This document shows positions 61,178-64,000 of a DNA stretch of 64,000 bases, piece after piece. The translations under genes and the position numbers were made by a program. How positions within the stretch are numbered: the stretch's first letter is position 1; the number at the start of each line of letters is the position of its first letter. Under the pieces are notes generated by a model. That model made no database searches. It was not told where the DNA came from and saw only the letters and a list, made by a program, of their open reading frames with translations. Origin of the DNA: an uncultured virus (IMG/VR IMGVR_UViG_2811995017_000004) (taxonomy: Duplodnaviria > Heunggongvirae > Uroviricota > Caudoviricetes). Where the stretch lies: the IMG/VR virus record IMGVR_UViG_2811995017_000004, positions 1 to 64,000 of that record. The stretch is one strand, 5' to 3'.

Positions 61178-61717
61178 CTATAAATTATACTTTTTTAAAT
61201 CCTCTAAGACTCTATAATGATATTCAGAATCCTCTTCCAATACGTCATATACTATTTTTGTTTTCGCGTATTCATCTGCCCAAGACATATCGAATGTATC
61301 TTGTGAACTCACTAACAATATTTTTTTAACATTTTTAAAGAAATTAAGATCCTTCATTAACTCTTCTCTAAGGGTCTGTTTTGTCAAAGGCTTAAGAGGG
61401 TATACAATTACAAAATCAAAATCATTTGGCGTCTTATCCCATGTTCTTTTATTAACAGTATCAATATAAATGGTACTTCCATTCAAATTATAAGGAACTC
61501 CTGTTTTTAAAGCTCCCGTTGCTTTCATGAACACTTTAGCATTATCTAAGCTGCTAGTTCTAAGTAAAATTCTTGATCCAGCGAAATTCTCAGTTATTGT
61601 TTTAAATACTAACTCATGTTTTCTAAACATGTTTGTCCCAGTCATCAAAGCGGTTTTCTCCTCTGACTCAATAAAAGAAAGAATTTTTTCAATTGCTTGA
61701 TCCTTATTATTGTTCAT
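61178..61717 (-). CDS. Hypothetical alpha/beta protein (degenerate P-loop-like)
   Basis: ORF track; ALMTGT...K. Confidence 0.75.
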   Translation of the reverse strand: MNNNKDQAIEKILSFIESEEKTALMTGTNMFRKHELVFKTITENFAGSRILLRTSSLDNAKVFMKATGALKTGVPYNLNGSTIYIDTVNKRTWDKTPNDFDFVIVYPLKPLTKQTLREELMKDLNFFKNVKKILLVSSQDTFDMSWADEYAKTKIVYDVLEEDSEYHYRVLEDLKKYNL

Positions 61718-61742
61718 TTGTTTCGCTCATCCTCTTCTGTCC

Positions 61743-62021
61743 TTATTTAACCAATACTTTTATTTCCGCGCCTTTTGCTTTAATCTTTTCTAAGATTGAT
61801 TTCATTTCCTCTTCATCTCTTGAGAGACGATCCAGACTCAATAAATATACTGTATCCCCACTCTTTAAATCGGTGATTAATTCATTGAGTGCTTGTTGTT
61901 CGTGTCTTCCAGGAACATCGTAATAGACCTTTTCGGCGCCTGCTTTATTGAGTTCATCAATATGTTTAAGCAGCATAGGTTTCTGTATCTCCATGCTCAT
62001 TCGAGTGTATCCATAAATCAT
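61743..62021 (-). CDS. Stand-alone serine resolvase catalytic domain
   Basis: IYGYTRMS, GDTV...LDRLSR; lacks helix E and the HTH. Confidence 0.8.
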   Translation of the reverse strand: MIYGYTRMSMEIQKPMLLKHIDELNKAGAEKVYYDVPGRHEQQALNELITDLKSGDTVYLLSLDRLSRDEEEMKSILEKIKAKGAEIKVLVK

Positions 62022-62042
62022 AATTTGTTCCCCCTCATCGTT

Positions 62043-62279
62043 TTAAATTTTTGTCACCGTTTCTTCTATTTCTAGCCCAGAGTTTAACCCATGAACTGTT
62101 TCTGTAATTGCAGTAACACCCTCAATAGATTTCATATACAACTCAGTGAGTTCTCTAATTTTCGTCATAGTCTCATCCTGATTTCTAATATTCAGTTCCA
62201 TTTGACACAAGACGCTATTGTCTTGATCTTTCAGTGTAACATTAAACCTTTCTAATTCAGCTTTCAGATTTTTAACCAT
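62043..62279 (-). CDS. Hypothetical protein
   Basis: GAGGA RBS. Confidence 0.65.
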   Translation of the reverse strand: MVKNLKAELERFNVTLKDQDNSVLCQMELNIRNQDETMTKIRELTELYMKSIEGVTAITETVHGLNSGLEIEETVTKI

Positions 62280-62359
62280 TTGATTCCTCTTCCTTTAATC
62301 AATAATACAAACACAATCTATGTATTCTCATTATTAATATTATACAACATAGGAAAGGA

Positions 62360-62458
62360 TTAGTACCCAAAATGTGCGAGAGATAATACAAACACTGTTA
62401 GTCCTAGACTTAAAACACCAATAAAGATCAAATTGTCTTTCCAATTTTCAATAATCAA
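62360..62458 (-). CDS. 32-aa single-TM peptide
   Basis: MIIENWKDNLIFIGVLSLGLTVFVLSLAHFGY; GGGGTG RBS, TTG start. Confidence 0.45.
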   Translation of the reverse strand: MIIENWKDNLIFIGVLSLGLTVFVLSLAHFGY

Positions 62459-62579
62459 TCTTAATCACCCCATGTAATTATTTTTAATTCGATTAAATTG
62501 GCCGTAATCATTGTCGGCTGCTGTTATGTCTGATTTATGTTTTGTTTATACTTTTAATTAGGATTAAAACGGTAATGCT

Positions 62580-63029
62580 TTATTCTTCATCGATGTAATC
62601 GTACCAAGAGTATCCGAAAGGATCATAGCCGTTAACATTTAATTTTACGCCAGCTTTTTCAAAATCATCTAATGTCCAAACAGGTTTATCTTTTAATAAA
62701 TTGTTCAATTTATCAAGCATATCTCCATTATAGTCGCCGCGAAAGCGTAGTTCATTGATTAGCTTTACATTGTCCGCTTTTTTGATAATAATTGCTGTTT
62801 CAGTTTGAAAAACTCTTCCGATGCCACTTTCAATATCTTCTTCCTCAAGGTCATACCCTGAAACATTCACAAACACTACAGCATTTTCATCTTCATGCAA
62901 TTCAAAAAAGTAGCTGAAATCATTGTTGTTTAATTTGTTTACTTCCATCAAACCTTCAATATCTTCAATCCTTTTATCACTGTTAAGCTCATTCCATTCG
63001 ATTTCAATTTTGACTTTGGGCAGTTTCAT
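62580..63029 (-). CDS. Acidic hypothetical protein
   Basis: GAGGAG RBS. Confidence 0.75.
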   Translation of the reverse strand: MKLPKVKIEIEWNELNSDKRIEDIEGLMEVNKLNNNDFSYFFELHEDENAVVFVNVSGYDLEEEDIESGIGRVFQTETAIIIKKADNVKLINELRFRGDYNGDMLDKLNNLLKDKPVWTLDDFEKAGVKLNVNGYDPFGYSWYDYIDEE

Positions 63030-63122
63030 TTTGTCTCCTCATTTCTTTGATATTGATCTGTATTTGGATTTCGAAATTTGTTATTCTTATAAAGCTGACT
63101 TTATTTTTTGAAGGTGATTTTT

Positions 63123-63302
63123 ATGGAGAAAGAGTTTGAAACAAAGGGTTATGATACTTCTATTGTCTACGACTACAAAGAATATCCAGATGCTCATCAT
63201 GGCCGATGTGACAATTGTGACAATACCTTGTTTAAAAGCTCAGTTAAGGACGGCATATTCTTGCGGGAATGTCGCCGCTGCGGGATGAAGAAGAGTATTT
63301 AA
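63123..63302 (+). CDS. Small Zn-ribbon protein
   Basis: CDNC...CRRC; AAGGTG RBS. Confidence 0.7.
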   Translation: MEKEFETKGYDTSIVYDYKEYPDAHHGRCDNCDNTLFKSSVKDGIFLRECRRCGMKKSI

Positions 63303-63352
63303 CCGCTCTTCTTCCGCTGCCTGTTATGTTAAAATGCTTCTTTTATTTAAAG

Positions 63353-63574
63353 TTACTTAACGGGAAACATGTAGCTAACATAAACGTCAATATCCCCATT
63401 CTTAAATACTGCAACTTTATCAACATCAGGCTCAATTTTGTTTATAATCTCTTTAGCATCCTTGTTTTTCTTCGGTGTATTTGCAGTAACAATCCAATTC
63501 CAGTAATTCCATTCAGAAATACATGCCTTGATCTCTTCAGGGATTCTATGTCCGACTGTATAAGCCTTAATCAT
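63353..63574 (-). CDS. Hypothetical protein
   Basis: GGAGG RBS; ATGA overlap. Confidence 0.65.
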   Translation of the reverse strand: MIKAYTVGHRIPEEIKACISEWNYWNWIVTANTPKKNKDAKEIINKIEPDVDKVAVFKNGDIDVYVSYMFPVK

Positions 63575-64000
63575 CCTGCAGCCTCCAATTCGTTCAACAT
63601 ATTCTTAACCCTTGCAATCTCTTCTTCTGAATGAACAGTACCGCCTGTGTTCAATTCAATATACCACTTAAGAACATCTTTCTTTGTAGGAAGATCGTTT
63701 ATAACAAACTCTAATGCAATCAAATTACTCAAACTATCTTCGTATTCACCTAAAAAGTGCCCAAATACAGGGATTTCATTATTGAGGAATCTTAAACATG
63801 CTGTTATTCTTTGTAAACCATCAACACATACAAATTCACCTTCAGGCTTTTTCATCCAACCTTTTTGATTCAGATAGACTGGAGTTGTTTTACCACCCCT
63901 CAATAAATGTTCAACGAATTTAACTTGCTGCTCTTCAGTCCATACATGACCGCGCTGAAAGTCTGGGTTAAGCTGCAACCCTTCTTCAATATACGTTTCT
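63571..64000 (-). CDS. DUF262 (ParB/Srx-like) protein, 5' end outside the window
   Basis: PDFQR..VW, VDGLQR, LNTGGT motifs. Confidence 0.85.
   Translation of the reverse strand, partial: ETYIEEGLQLNPDFQRGHVWTEEQQVKFVEHLLRGGKTTPVYLNQKGWMKKPEGEFVCVDGLQRITACLRFLNNEIPVFGHFLGEYEDSLSNLIALEFVINDLPTKKDVLKWYIELNTGGTVHSEEEIARVKNMLNELEAAG

Larger units (their letters stand above)
415..64000 (-). mobile_element. SPbeta-like prophage (continues beyond the window)
   Basis: Gene order yot-yos-yor-yoq-yop follows SPbeta: recU-like, sspC, nrdEF with intron and intein, yorL-F replication block, ligB, yopRQP, aimPR. AT-rich. Confidence 0.95.

Noticed and set aside
62360..62458. Type I toxin-antitoxin locus
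   Set aside because: A hydrophobic peptide is present, but it has no charged C-terminal tail and no evident antisense RNA promoter or terminator.
1..64000. CRISPR array, tRNA, rRNA or IS transposase
   Set aside because: No regularly spaced repeat-spacer run, cloverleaf or transposase motif seen by eye. The 36-bp repeat has only two copies, 178 bp apart.

Overview
The window holds one end and about 64 kb of an SPbeta-like (Spbetavirus-type) Bacillus prophage, mostly on the minus strand. It is inserted into the host sporulation gene spoVK, whose 3' half occupies 1-~415. In order it carries: a large serine integrase whose last codons run into host DNA; a candidate RDF; a RecU-like resolvase; NADAR; a SASP; a nucleotide-metabolism block (thyA, dUTPase, thioredoxin, nrdIEF, with a group I intron and an intein in nrdE); an amino-methyltransferase; a replication block (dnaE split by a LAGLIDADG-encoding group I intron, RecJ, primase, helicase, ATPase, SSB); a plus-strand island with S8 peptidase/toxin/immunity genes and a second secreted toxin-like pair; ligase; many small accessory genes; the yopM-N-P-Q-R lysogeny module; arbitrium aimR/aimP (predicted peptide GFTVGA); and a Pycsar defence pair. 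The most striking unexplained pattern is a palindrome, TAAAA-N6-TTTTA, found by eye in 18 exact and about 9 near-exact copies, nearly all at junctions between accessory genes. Its geometry resembles a tyrosine-recombinase core site and could mark a gene-cassette shuffling system. All calls come from reading the sequence and recalling motifs and families; no database searches were run.
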